A stretch of DNA of 64,000 bases from the NCBI GenBank assembly GCA_029953675.1, contig JAMWBK010000009.1, positions 744,001-808,000 on the forward strand. The letters are read 5' to 3'. Below the pieces are notes generated by a model. The model did not search any database. It worked only from the letters and a program-made list of their open reading frames with translations, and was not told the DNA's origin. A program made the translations under genes and the position numbers. Shown one piece after another: positions 24,242 to 38,512 of this stretch. The DNA comes from Rhodosorus marinus CCMP1338. Taxonomy: Eukaryota > Plantae > Rhodophyta. Each line of letters starts with the position of its first letter. Position 1 is the first letter of the stretch.

Positions 24242-25604
24242 ATGGCGGATAGGAAAGCAACAAACAAGTGAGTATCGTTCGTTTTTGTTTTGTTTTGGGC
24301 CGCGCTTTACTTCAGCTAAAAAGAATGTCAGGTCTCTAAGCTAAGGAACACTTTTTTTTTACAATTTATTATTGCGTGGTACAGGTACTACCCGCCGGAG
24401 TACTTTGACGAGTATCTCGAGAAGGGAGGGAAGGGCGGAATAAATACGTTCAGAGGGGAGCATCCGCTGCGCGAGAGGGCGAAGAAGCTCAAAGATGGAA
24501 TCCTACGAGTGCGTTTTGAGATGCCGTTCAACATATGGTGCAATGGCTGTGAAAATCACATTGGAAAAGGAGTTCGATACAATGCCGATAAGTCTAAAGT
24601 TGGAAACTACCACAGCACACCCATCTACAGTTTTCGAATGAAGTGTCACCTTTGTGACAACTATATTGAAATAAGGACCGACCCACAGGTAGGGATTACT
24701 GGCCACTCCAGACTTGCGAAACCCGTATATCATGGTTTCCTGCTCTCTGCTCGGGTGTGTGTGGCCATAGTGGTTTGTTCGAAGTACTCAAGCTGGCGCC
24801 CGTTTCCATTCGGTTCCACCTGCAGACTCGGGATTATGTTGTCTACTCTGGTGGAAAACGAAAGGTAGAAGAGTGGACTGCTGCTGATGCTGAAACCATA
24901 GACCTCTCGAATGTTGGAACCGTTGAAGGAGATCGTGTTGGTGTCGATCCGTTTGCTTCACTTGAGAAGGAGGTGGCGCAGCTTAAGAAGGCCGAGGAAG
25001 GGAAGAAAAGATTGAACAGTCTGAAGCGAGATCGGGACAGCAGGTTCAGGGATGACTATGCAAGTTCTCAGCGCCTGAGGAGCATATTCCGGACAGAAAA
25101 GAAAGCCATTGCTGAGCAAAAAAGGGAGGATGATAAGCTGAAGATAAAGCTTGGAGTTTCAATGCCACTTGCTACACCGAAAGCCTCCGACGCCGAAAAG
25201 GCCAAGTCTGTGATTGCTTCTAGAATCAATCAACCGGTGAGCTCTACCCATTGCGAGCTTGCTGTGCGTGAAAGGAAGCTAAGCGAAGTAGCGCAACTTT
25301 CCACAACTTTCCCCAGGTACGCAAACGGGAGAGAAGCACAATCTTCTCCCACGGTCGAGGTTCTAGGTCGTTGCAAGTGTCTACAAAACGGTCCTTGGCG
25401 GAGGTTGCGGCCTCAAAGTTGCGCCGGAAAGGTGTTGACGTTTCCAGACTGCAGGGAAGAAAATCATCCACTCGGGGAGGTAGGGAATCCGTAGTTGATC
25501 AGGAGCTCGCTGGCCACTTTCGGCGCTCCACGTCCAGCCCCAGCCCTGCGCAAATTCCCAACTTAAAGCTCCGAATAGAAAAGCGACAGAGGGATGACCG
25601 GTAG
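24242..25604 (+). CDS. YJU2B: Splicing factor YJU2B/CCDC130 (CWC16 family); exons 24242-24267, 24385-24688, 24826-25236, 25317-25604
   Basis: MADRKATNKYYPP...HPLRERAKKLKDGILRVRFEMPFNIWCNGCENHIGKGVRYNA...IYSFRMKCHLCDNYIEIRTDPQ, the Zn-binding CWC16 signature. All three introns are GT-AG and in frame. Confidence 0.94.
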
Positions 25605-25874
25605 TGCAGTGAAATGGTTTTTGTGTCTTGGGCTTAAGGTATTGAAGCATGGACGCTCTCCTGAGGGATTCTGTTGCTCAGAGTTAATACTATGGGTCTA
25701 CTGATACGGAACAATCCCTATATCTAACTAACAGTAACCGCCACTCGGGATGTAGCCTTCCGTAAAGAACTAGGAGTAAGTTGAGGCACAGTGCTGATGT
25801 GCTAAGGCAGCCGAGCTCTGGGTTTTTACTTTGACTTCAATGCTTTGGCCATGTGGTGAGGAAGTACGCCTCGT

Positions 25875-26639
25875 TCAAAGCTCCTCTGTTTCATCCTCGG
25901 GAAGGACTCCTGAATCTGCAATGTAAACAGCCTTGACCGGCTTGTCTCTACCATCTGTCTTGGAGACCTCAATCTCAGTGACGACCTGTACGGGAAGGGA
26001 ACGCGACGGTGCTCTCCATCAGCGGAATCAAGTGAAAATGAGAACATTTCGGGTGTAGACAAACCTCCATTCCCTTGACGACCTTGCCAAACACAACATG
26101 ACGGCCATCGAGCCAAGAGGTCTTCACCGTTGTAATGAAGAACTGAGATCCGTTCGTATTAGGGCCAGAATTAGCCATGGACAAATATCCAGGTCCCTCA
26201 TGCTTCAATTCGAAGTTTTCGTCCTCAAACTTATTTCCATAAATGGATTTTCCTCCAGTGCCGTTGTGGGCGGTGAAATCCCCTCCCTGATAGACGGCAA
26301 GCATGTTGATTACGGCTTAAGTTATGAGGAGAATCCAGTGGAAACGGAAGAGGCTAGGAATCCCTTGCACCAAATTGAACACACCTGGATCATGAAGTTT
26401 CTAATCACACGATGGAAGGAAGATTTTCTGTAGCCAAACCCTTTGTCGTGAGTGCAAAGGCTCTTGAAGTTTTCCGCCGTCTTGGGAACCACTTTTCCAA
26501 AAAGCCCGATGACGATCCTTCCAGCGTCTTCCTCACCAATACTTATGTCAAAATATACGTAGGCAGTAATCTCAGGATCAGACGCTAAGCAGATCCCAGC
26601 AAGAGCCGCAAGAAATACTACCGCCCCACCCAACTTCAT
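25875..26639 (-). CDS. PPIB: Secretory-pathway cyclophilin (PPIB/cyclophilin B); exons 26639-26385, 26286-26065, 25985-25875
   Basis: Signal peptide [19 protein letters not shown]; [15 protein letters not shown]; [35 protein letters not shown]; C-terminus ...DETEEL*. Confidence 0.95.
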
Positions 26640-27456
26640 CCTTTTCCACTCCTCCAAGTCAAAGAAACAAAGACAACCGTTCCAGTTGGCACTAAGAACA
26701 CTAGAACAAACTTACTGACGAAACACACAACATGTACGAGATACCGTAGTAGATCTGAACTCAACACTCAGACACTTCCCTCCCCCAATGTACCCACACC
26801 GACCAATCCCCCTTCCCCTCAATCCTCCCTCCAAAACGTCAGAGACCGATGGGATCGAGCTGACGCAAAACGATAGGTAAAGAGATTGATTCAGTCATTT
26901 CCTTGTAGTAGTTTTTATGTTTAAATTAAAGTCATTTTTGTTAATCTAGGTATTTTATCGCCTTGATGTTTTTTAGATCAATTTTTATCTAAATCTGGAT
27001 TCAAAGTATTGAATAAAGTTTTAATAAATATGATTTTTTCGTGTTATAGGGGAGCGTAACCCTTAAACTTGGGCCTGCAAAGCGATCATAGCTCGAAAAG
27101 TAATTTGAAAACAAAACGACTGTTGAATCAATATTGAGATATTTCATCTATTATTTTTTGAGAAGATTGTATTTTGGGGATTGATGTCAGTCAATCAGGA
27201 TTCGCTGATCGATTGTAAAGTTGTTTTGCAGAGAGTCTGATGGTTTCTTTCGTATTCGGTCGTGGTGTGGAGGACCAATCCTGCGCTGAGTCAATGGTAG
27301 AGGATATTCAAGAGCAAGCTCTGCAAAGCCCTGCCAGATACCGATAGTGGCGATTTCGCCTATGCTTGTGTTTTAGTTTTTCGTTTTGCTCAAGCAAGAG
27401 GGGTCATACTTGCCATCTTTGATTCTCGAACGTCGCTTTTCAATAAGTTTTTCTAG

Positions 27457-29079
27457 TTAAGATACAGCGGAAACTCCGCTATCCATGATCTCCGTTATAT
27501 TCTTCCAGCTTCCATCAAGCTCCTCTTTCCACAAGGTTACCTCATCATTGCCGGAGGCAACCCCTAAAATATTTCCTGTGAGCGACCAACTGACCGACCA
27601 TACTGGCGCGGCAAACTGGGAAAGCTCGACTGGGTGCCATTCGTTGTCAGTGTCATCTCGAGTCCATAGCACAACCCGTTTATCCTTTCAAAAGAAGACA
27701 GAAGGAAACAGATAAGCAGGAGCTCCGCGAACACTAATCCTGAACTAAAAGACAATACCTGACCACAGCTCGCGATTGTACTAGAAGCCAGCCCTATGCT
27801 CGGTGCCCAAGCAACGGATCTAACCCAGTCAGTGTGGCGCTCCAACGGTTTCCCATCCGGTACCCACGAGTTTGTGCCCTCATTGAATTTCCATATCTAA
27901 CCAGTGAAAACGAGTTGTTGAACTCAGCCAGAAAGCCAAAAGCCGAATATGCGCAGGAACGAACCTACCTTCACCAAGTTGTCACATCCACCAGTTACAA
28001 GTTTTCTAACTGGAGCTTCTCCTTTTTGGGTGTTCCAGAGCCCTCCGGGGTTTGCACTCGGAGCCCAGGAGACAGAGTTTGCTCCAACTGCATGCGTAGT
28101 TTCTCCTCCGCCCTCTTGATCGACGATCCTAGATTCTTGCCAGCTGCCATCTTTCTGCTGGGTACATATCTAGAGTTTTGTTTGGACAGGCCAATCAATT
28201 AGCATGATAACCGAGCAACAATCAAGGAGAGGATTGCTTACGGATACAAAGCCATCCGATGAGGCACTTGCGAAGCAAAGGCCGTACTCGAACGGTCCAA
28301 ACGCCACCGCATTGATGGACGCCTTATGCTCAGCAAACTCATAGACCTTTTGCCAGGTACCCTTTGAGGCCTCCTTCCACAAGATTACTTTGTGGTCGAA
28401 TCCACATGTCGCAATAAGATTGCCGAATCGCGGGTGTGCCCATGCAACCTACGCGTTCATTCCGAAGCACGTTGAGCTATAGATGTACCACAAACAAGGG
28501 CAAACAATCGAAGACAAACAAGGGCAAACAATCAAATCAACTTACCTGCCATACAGGTCCGTCATGCCCGCGTATTTCCGCCTCCATTTTTCTCTCCCCA
28601 CCAGTAATGTCAAAGATCCGCGTGGTTCCATCCGATGAGCAAGTAGCAAGTCGCCGTCCATAATAATCCCACTGGGCGTCATGCTATTCAAGATAATACA
28701 TACGACAGGGAAGCCCTTAGAAAATAGCAAGGAGAACTTCACAATAAGTGTGCAGAGATTGCTTGGTGAACCTTACGATCATATCCGTGTGGCCAGTCTC
28801 AATAACTTCCTTTTGTAGAGTTTCCTTTAAAGCGCATACGATTCGACTCTTCAGCACTAAAAACCGATTCGTAAAAGTGAAAAATCTACCTCGGAACGAA
28901 GCTCTGCGCATCCACTCTCCCAGGTGTCGAGTTGACGATCTCTTCAGCACGAGCAGAGGGCCAAAGGGGCAAATGCAAAACGCGAACAACAAGAGCAATC
29001 CATTAGTTGAAAAACTTACCGGCTGCTTTTCCGGAGCTGCCATCTGCGTTGGCGCTGCCCCCATCATCGTGGGCATCAT
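27457..29079 (-). CDS. SEC13: SEC13 (COPII/nucleoporin WD40 protein), multi-exon
   Basis: [28 protein letters not shown]; [17 protein letters not shown]; [17 protein letters not shown]; [16 protein letters not shown]; [15 protein letters not shown]. Confidence 0.96.
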
Positions 29080-30683
29080 CTTCTCCCAAGACTCTTAACA
29101 AGGATAAAAACCTAGCAAACAGCAAACTTCTCAAGAAAACGCCACCAATCGACGCAGCCAAAAAAACAAGAAGAAAAGAACAGCAAAAACAACTGTCTCT
29201 AAAGAAAACAAAGACAGCGATACCTCCAATCGATGAGCACTGACACCCTATAAACCTCCATAAACCACAATCAATCCTGGAATGTCATCCTCACTAACCG
29301 GATTTGCATCTGAAGGTCCATCGATTTACAACGACGCAATGGGCACACCGAAACCCGTGATCAATCATTATATTCATTATTGACTACTTTTCGTAATATT
29401 GATTGATTTTTGAGTGAAAGAAAGGTCTAGCTTAATTTTAGAAACGTTTTTGCGTATTGGAAAGAGGCAGTTTTGGTCACCCCTGGAGATTTGGTCGATA
29501 TTGCCGTTTTTGTCGTTTTTGTTAAGTAAGTAGAGCCCATTGGAAAATTCAGTCGTGACAACACCCTTCCTTCCCCCTACATGCAGAAGGGGGGTGAATT
29601 TGGCTCACTCCCAAAATTCAGTCATTTTGCCGACTTACCCCCTCCCATTATTCGAGGACGGAGAATCTCACTACTTTAAAATTTAGATATTAACTAACTA
29701 AGTTGATATATTTTGGGCCTTGGATGGAAGGCAGGTTAGATACAAAATTGGGACCCAGCCCCTTCGAAGAAGGAACACAACTTCATGGGAAAACTTCCCT
29801 CCTCTAAGCGTTTTTCCTATATACATGACGTATTCGACCATATGACATTTCCCGCGCTGACGACGACTTTCATTTTTTCCTCGCAAAAAGCAATATCCGG
29901 TTTTCTCTTTGATTGATTGACTCGATTATTGATTGCTTTCATCTAATCTAAGGTCATACTTCAAAATGTAGAAAAGTAGTACTACAATAGAAAGAAATTT
30001 GATTATATTTGACCCTGAACCCTTCTCCGTTCCTCTAAATCATTCGTAAATTATGGGCCTAGTATGCTTAACGAACCCGTTAGTGTCGTTGAACGGTCGC
30101 TCGCTCCCCACTCGCACGGGTGATTAGGCAGTTTTTACTCCTTTTCTATATTTTCTATGGACGTGGGACACCCGTCTTGTTTTTCTTGTGACCTTTTTTG
30201 AAGGCCCCAGCTTGTTTTGTGTTTTTATTTTAATTTTGAAGACGTCGGTTTTTTAGTTTATATTTTTCCGTGCTGAAGCATGCGAGGCGTTTTCGATCAT
30301 GAAAGGCGACTGACTCTCTGAACGGGGGAGAGGGGAGGGGGAAGGGAGAAGGAAGATGCTTTTGAATGGACGAAGAAGAGGACGAGTTCATGTGGACGAC
30401 AAAGTGTTGAGATGATTTTTCGAGGAACAGGAACGGAGTGAGGGATTGGAGATGGTATTAGTGTCTGGATTCTTGTTGTTAAGTTTGGTTTTTGCGTGCT
30501 TGTTTTGTAGCTACTGGGTGGTAGGAGTCCTAGCGGATGTGAAGTGTGTGCGTCTTGTTTTCGGATGGGGTGTTGAACGGACTGTGCGGATTGTGGGGAG
30601 GAGTGGCTTTTGGAAGGGTTTCAGTAGAGCTTGCTACCCTTTTTTTTGTTTGTTTGGGTGTATTTGTTTTGGAGACAGAGTGA

Positions 30684-31082
30684 ATGGCGGGGAGGGTACT
30701 TGCGCAGCTGATCTTGGCTGGGGGCACGTTTATGGTTAGGACGTTTGCGCAGGCCTACAGACAGGCGCTGGTCAATGCGCAGACTGGAGGGGGCGCAGCT
30801 GCGTCCGCGAGTCGTGGGGTTGTTGGTAGAAACCAGATGACCGTTGACGAGGCATCTAGGATCCTTGGACTTGAGAAGAACACTTTAAAGCTCGCGTCTT
30901 TGGAGGCAAAGTTCCAAAAGCTCTATGAACAGAACAGCGTGGAAAAGGGGGGATCTCCATACTTGCAGTATAAGATCGTCGGCGCTAAAGAAGTTCTCGA
31001 ACGTGAGTGCATTGCGCGGGGAGAGAAACCTAATCAAGAGTCGGCCGAAAAGAAGGCACAGGAAAAGATAGATGGACAATGA
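30684..31082 (+). CDS. PAM16: Mitochondrial import motor subunit PAM16/TIM16, intronless, 132 aa
   Basis: RVLAQLILAGGTFMVRTFAQAYRQA, MTVDEASRILGL and GGSPYLQYKI are the Pam16 J-like domain motifs. Confidence 0.93.
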   Translation: MAGRVLAQLILAGGTFMVRTFAQAYRQALVNAQTGGGAAASASRGVVGRNQMTVDEASRILGLEKNTLKLASLEAKFQKLYEQNSVEKGGSPYLQYKIVGAKEVLERECIARGEKPNQESAEKKAQEKIDGQ

Positions 31083-31790
31083 CCAGGCTAGCTCAACAAG
31101 GGAATAGTGACTACGGAACAAGCGTGCCAAAGAGTTAAGTCCTACGGCTGCACGCATACCAGAAGCTAACTTGTCGGAAAAAATTCGAGTATGACTGTAC
31201 GGGGCGCCTTAGGCGCAACTTTGGGTGTCTGCCTTGAAGATGCTGAGCAGACGTCGACATAGATAACGCGACGTCTTGATCTTGTTCTTGATCGAGAAAG
31301 CACGTCAATCATCTGACCTCAAAAGCTAATGTCGGAGCTCGTATCGCTTTGATCCCGTTAGCCCGGCAGCTTGTATTAACTTCGAATTATAATTATCCAG
31401 TACCTAAAGGTGAACTCATAGGATCCCTTTGAGGATAAAAGAAATGTAACGTAGAAATGTCCATATCTAGCTTTTCTAGGCAGATTCTGTTTCAAAGGAA
31501 ATCACTTCTGAAAGATCTCGCGTACGATCGATCCATCGAGGACCTCCCAAAAGCCAGCATAGCGCAGACCGTCCACTTCTTGATTGGAACTTGCAGGGAG
31601 CATTGTTCTATTACCAAAAACCTGGCCAATTCCGCCTGTGTAGACTCGACTCCCTCTCCTTTGCCGTGTACTATTCCATAGACCAAGCTACAATTGCCCC
31701 CGCTTTTTAGGGGGGGTGCAAAATCAAATCCACTCCCTCAAGGAAGGGTCCGGGAAATGCCAATGTCAAAAAAAAACGGATTCGACGAAT

Positions 31791-33778
<1,988 letters not shown>

Positions 33779-34840
33779 CTACAAAACCCAGCCCCCCTGC
33801 CCCCTAAGCACCCACGTCTCCTTCCTCCTCTCTACCAACACAAAATCCTTCAAGAGCATCAACTCTCCTCCCTTCCGAGCTAAAACAACTCCAAACACCA
33901 CAGAGAAAAAAGTCTTTTGAATCCCCTCCTCCCCCCTCCACCCACTACCCACCCTGGCCTCCCTCCCCTCCTCTCTTACCAAAAAGAATTCCCTTCCTTT
34001 TTCAAAAACAGAGACTCAAAATTAGAAAGAATAACTTCCACCCTTTCAAATGTCCGCCCAATGATCTAAAACATGGAAAATGGACGGAATGACAACGAAA
34101 ATCAAATGCTGATCTATCCCAACTCCCCCCTCTAAGCTTCCCCTCCCCCAATCCTGAAATCACCCCAATTCCCATTTGAGAACTTCGCCTACAAAGCGTT
34201 TCCATTCGTGAAATATGACACCATCTCACTTTCTCGTCGTTGGCCTACAATAATGTGTTTTCGAAATAAAAACACTTTCCATTGGTAGTTATCCAACTAA
34301 GATTCTTAATTTTGATTTATAGATATAAATCTTATCAATATTACTTTAAGAATATTTATTGGTTTATTGTGTATGGCTCTATCCAATTGATATTCTATTT
34401 AGCTCGGCTTAGGTGGTTGATAATCCAATTAGGTTGATGGAGCCCTCCGCTATTCAGCAAGGTTTCCGAATTGTGAAACCACCATTCGGAACCCGTTGAT
34501 GGGTCGGCTGTGGTGCATGTGGGTTTGGTTTCGGTTTGCTGAGTGAGCTTTATAACTACTGACGCGCAAGTGAGATTCACGTCCATATGACCCTTCCTCA
34601 AGGTGCTGCTCTTGGTGCTGCTCTTGCATGGAGGTCTCTATGGTTTTGCCGGCGATGATCGGACCCCACCTCCGAAACGCAACAAGACCACGGCTTGTCG
34701 GAACGAGATCAAACCATGCACGAAACTCGCCAGTACTCGTACAATCAGAACAGGATTGTTAGTGTTTTAAATCATCGAATCCAAGTCAGGATTATTTCGC
34801 TCTCGTCAGTAGAGCAAGCTAGGACCATGGTCCGTAGTAT

Positions 34841-37146
34841 CTAACTGTACATTCGGGTACAAAATTTTCCAAACATAACCTCCGACTCTAATCCACGAAG
34901 GTCATTTGCAAAGCATGAGGGAAACAGACCAGGGCGAGTATTTACCCCGAGTCCACAACATAAACTGTAAGAGGATGTGAAGAAAACGCTATGCACTAAG
35001 CGGCTGGTTTGACGTAGTGCCCTTGGTTTCTTTCCCACCCCTTTTTACACCAACCTCGGGCTCGAAAACCACCCAATCCGTGTCCTCAGGTTGAGGTTGA
35101 GGTGTGGACGTAGTCTTGCTCGAGTGGCTCCGACGGCCCATTCGGAGCACCCTTGATATTTCTTCTGCTGGAAGGGTTGTATCTACTATTTCTATTTCAC
35201 CATCGTCTTCATCCTGTCCAAAATTAGGTAAAGGCGTCTCTTAGCAAAGATTGAAAAACTAGTTCCAAGTTATAAGAGGGGATCTCCGCGTACTGAATCC
35301 TCATCCGCTTCCGCGACCTTGGCTCGGTTCTTCGCAAGGTTGTTGAACAGGGTATCAATTTCAACTACATCTGTGTCCTCCTCTATGACATCAGAGCATT
35401 CGCTCCCGGCCGAGTCGTTTGGGACTCCGCCTCCCAACTTCTGCAGGCGCAAGAAATCATGTGCTTTGCTAAGACAACAGTTCGTGAAAAGTATAAAGCC
35501 TCGAGAATCCCTACCTGCTGTTGGATATCCATGGCTGGCCTCAATTCTTGTGAGCAGAAGGCGGCGAAAGCCTTGAGCTCGTCGGGATTGAAAAACACTT
35601 GCCGTCGGTCTCCGCTTTTCTCCAAGAATTCCTCGACGGCCGATGCCAGAACTATCAAATGTCCCAAATGTCCCCCGGCCGGGTGTTGGTTACCGTCACT
35701 GTTCTGACTCTCTTCGTTCCATTTCGAGATTATCCTTCCGATGACGTCTCCTTTCAACCACGCAGCCTGTGCAGCCTCTTGCTCGGATTCTAGCGCGTGG
35801 ACTACCGCAGATGTTACCAAGTGATGCAACATGTTGTTCCACTCGTATTGGAAAAAAAGGTCGAGGAGGCATTCTGCCACCTCGGCGTCGTCAAGAGCTA
35901 GTATTGTCATTTCCTTTCCTTGTTTCATGCATGTTGTGAAGAATTCCACCACCTTCAGGCGTGTACTACCGAGCGGCTCATGAACAACGCAGGCAGCGTT
36001 CTGGACAGACTTTTGAAGTGCACGTTGCTTCAAGACCGCCCTAAGCTCTTCGAAATATACGCTTAATTCCTTTTCCAAGTTCGCGGTGGATATCACTGGC
36101 TTAAATTGTTGTGGCGTCGAATCGTCGGTGGTTCCTTGAGCCCGCCTATCACCGCAAAGGCTGCTACGCATTTGAGACATATTAACAACGCTTGTCAAGG
36201 CTTTCCCCGTCTTCCCCGCAGGCTTTTCGGGCTGCACTGCAATTCTGTTCGTCTCTGTGGAAAGCATCTCAATCACCACGTTAAGCGAGAAAATTAAGGA
36301 AGCGTTTCTTTTCCCATTGGACAGTTTAAAGTCCTTCAACCCAGCAGTGACCATTCTCGTTATGGACTTCGAATTGTTGTAAGGATTAATAACCGCGGGT
36401 ATCTGGATAAACACTTTTCCGAGCTCAATTGTCCTCAACGCGCAGGCAAGTATAACCTCTGAAACGGTTGACAAAAGCTTTGTTTTCGCCTCCTCGTCCC
36501 CAGGTTTGGAATCCACCGTTTCGACGAAAATATCAACAAGCCTGTTCAGTACATCCTCCCTCGCGAGAAGGTCGGTCGCTTCGCTTCGCGGAGGTTGAAT
36601 CACATTATCATTCTCCGGGCCGTCCAATAGCCGGACAATAAGGTCTGCGGCCGGTACGAGACTCATGTGTCCTAACAAGATACTCACAAACGATTTCCTC
36701 CCCCTGATGAACATCAGCATTGGTATGTTGTGCTCCCGGAGCAGCGCAACAATTACCCGACAAACGTTGGAGGCTACGAAAAGGTCCAGTTCGCCCTCGA
36801 ACACTAGGAACAGTTTTTCCAGCAAGTCATCTGCAACTACAAATCTGTTCGAGATTTCCGGAATTTGAGAGGACAGAATCTCCGACGCGACTAGAGCGTA
36901 TTTTCGTCGTGTGTCAACCTCGGCCTCTTCTGCGCCAGGAGTGGCGGGAGCACGCGCTGTTGCGTAGGAAATCAGACCACCCAGGCTTTCATCAGTACTT
37001 AAATATTCCAAGAGGCGCTTGTTCAGGGCCCTTAACTCTCCTAATAATTCTCCCTCATCTAGGAACGTCTCTAACGTCACCTCCTCGTTGCCGCTGCCCT
37101 TCTCGAGCGCATCTAACAGCGCGTCCACGGGCGCACCAAACAACAT
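34841..37146 (-). CDS. SAPS-domain / SIT4-PP6 phosphatase regulatory subunit; 3' exons approximate
   Basis: VTLETFLDEGELLGELRALNKRLLEYL; EPLGSTRLKVVEFF; LDLFFQYEWNNMLHHLV; GHLGHLIVLA are SAPS family motifs. Introns after ...QQQ and ...DEDS extend the gene to about 34841. Confidence 0.85.
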
Positions 37147-38512
37147 GGCTCCTCAACTGGCCAGGCCCACCAAATACCAAACCTCCAACGAAGAGGGAGC
37201 AGACGTTCCTCCACTACCTCAAACAAATTGAACGTAGATCTGCAATATATATCGTCTGCCCAAACCAACGCCATTCACATTTGTTCACCGCCTCCCCCCC
37301 CCCCGCAGGGTATCCACTTTCAAGCGCCCTAGTTCGAAACAAACATGGTCACTTCAACCGACACGCTTTGTACACCCTCCTATAAGACAGTTAATCAGTC
37401 ACTCATAAAGCTCCTTCCTTTTAGCTTGTCCTCTAGCCCATTCAACCCTTCTCCAGCTAACTCCTTCCACCTCTCCCTGCCACCCCCCTCCCTCTCCCCC
37501 TCCCGCCCGCTCAACTAAATACATTCCCCCTCCAGACGGCAAGCGATTTTCAGAAAGAGGATGGTTTTAAGGAAAGAAAACGCCTTCAGCGAGAAAACAA
37601 AAAAAAACAAAAAATCAAACTCAACAGCAGAAAACTCTTCAAAAAGCTCTTCCCCCCCCCCCCTTACACTTCGTCCAAAATTTTGCTTGGCTCCCTAAAA
37701 TATTTTTTATTCAATTAATTTGGATGAACTCCATATGTCGATTTTTAGCCCCGTAAACTGCTGGGAAACCCCAACCAAAAAGTGCCGTAGCGAGTAGTGG
37801 ACTGAAATTCACTTCTTTTTTTGGAAGTGCTCACAGTCATCGTTTGAATTTCGGATTCTTCTATTTGTGAAAAAAAAGAACTCAATCGATGCCGTTAAGT
37901 AAATATTGTGATAGTTTAACATTATTTCAAGAAGATATTATTGTATTAAACTATATATATAAAGTATTATTTGTTATCGTATGGAAAATATTGGTTTTGG
38001 GAAATCTGGGAAGGGATGAGGTGGGAATGGCGGCTGGACGGATGGGGGGGAGAGGATGGGGACGGTTGACCCACAGTGACCCTCAGTCAACCGTCTCCAT
38101 CCTTGGGGTTTTGCAGCTGGGTTTGGACTGGGCATTCACGACAGCATTTCATGAAGAACAGATCATTGTACTCTGTACACGCTCTATGAATTGAACATCT
38201 TGTTTGAGGTTTGTCCTATCATCCTCTACAGTTCGTCCGCTATTATCGCCGTATCGCCGGACAGTGGCCCTTTTGTAAATGGGCTTGGAGGTTCTGCCTG
38301 GTAGATCATCCAGCGCCTGTTGGTGGGTGTCAGTTGCGTGCAATCCGTTCTTTTCTGAGATCGTTAAATTACAGCGCGTATCTCTCGCAAGAGATTGCAA
38401 CTTGCTTCCGCTGCTCATGGAACCAGCCATTCGTTTCGCTGCTTGTAGGGTCAAGATTTGCTTCGAAAACAGGTTTGTTATTAGTTGAGCAGTACGAGAA
38501 TTACGGAGTCTT

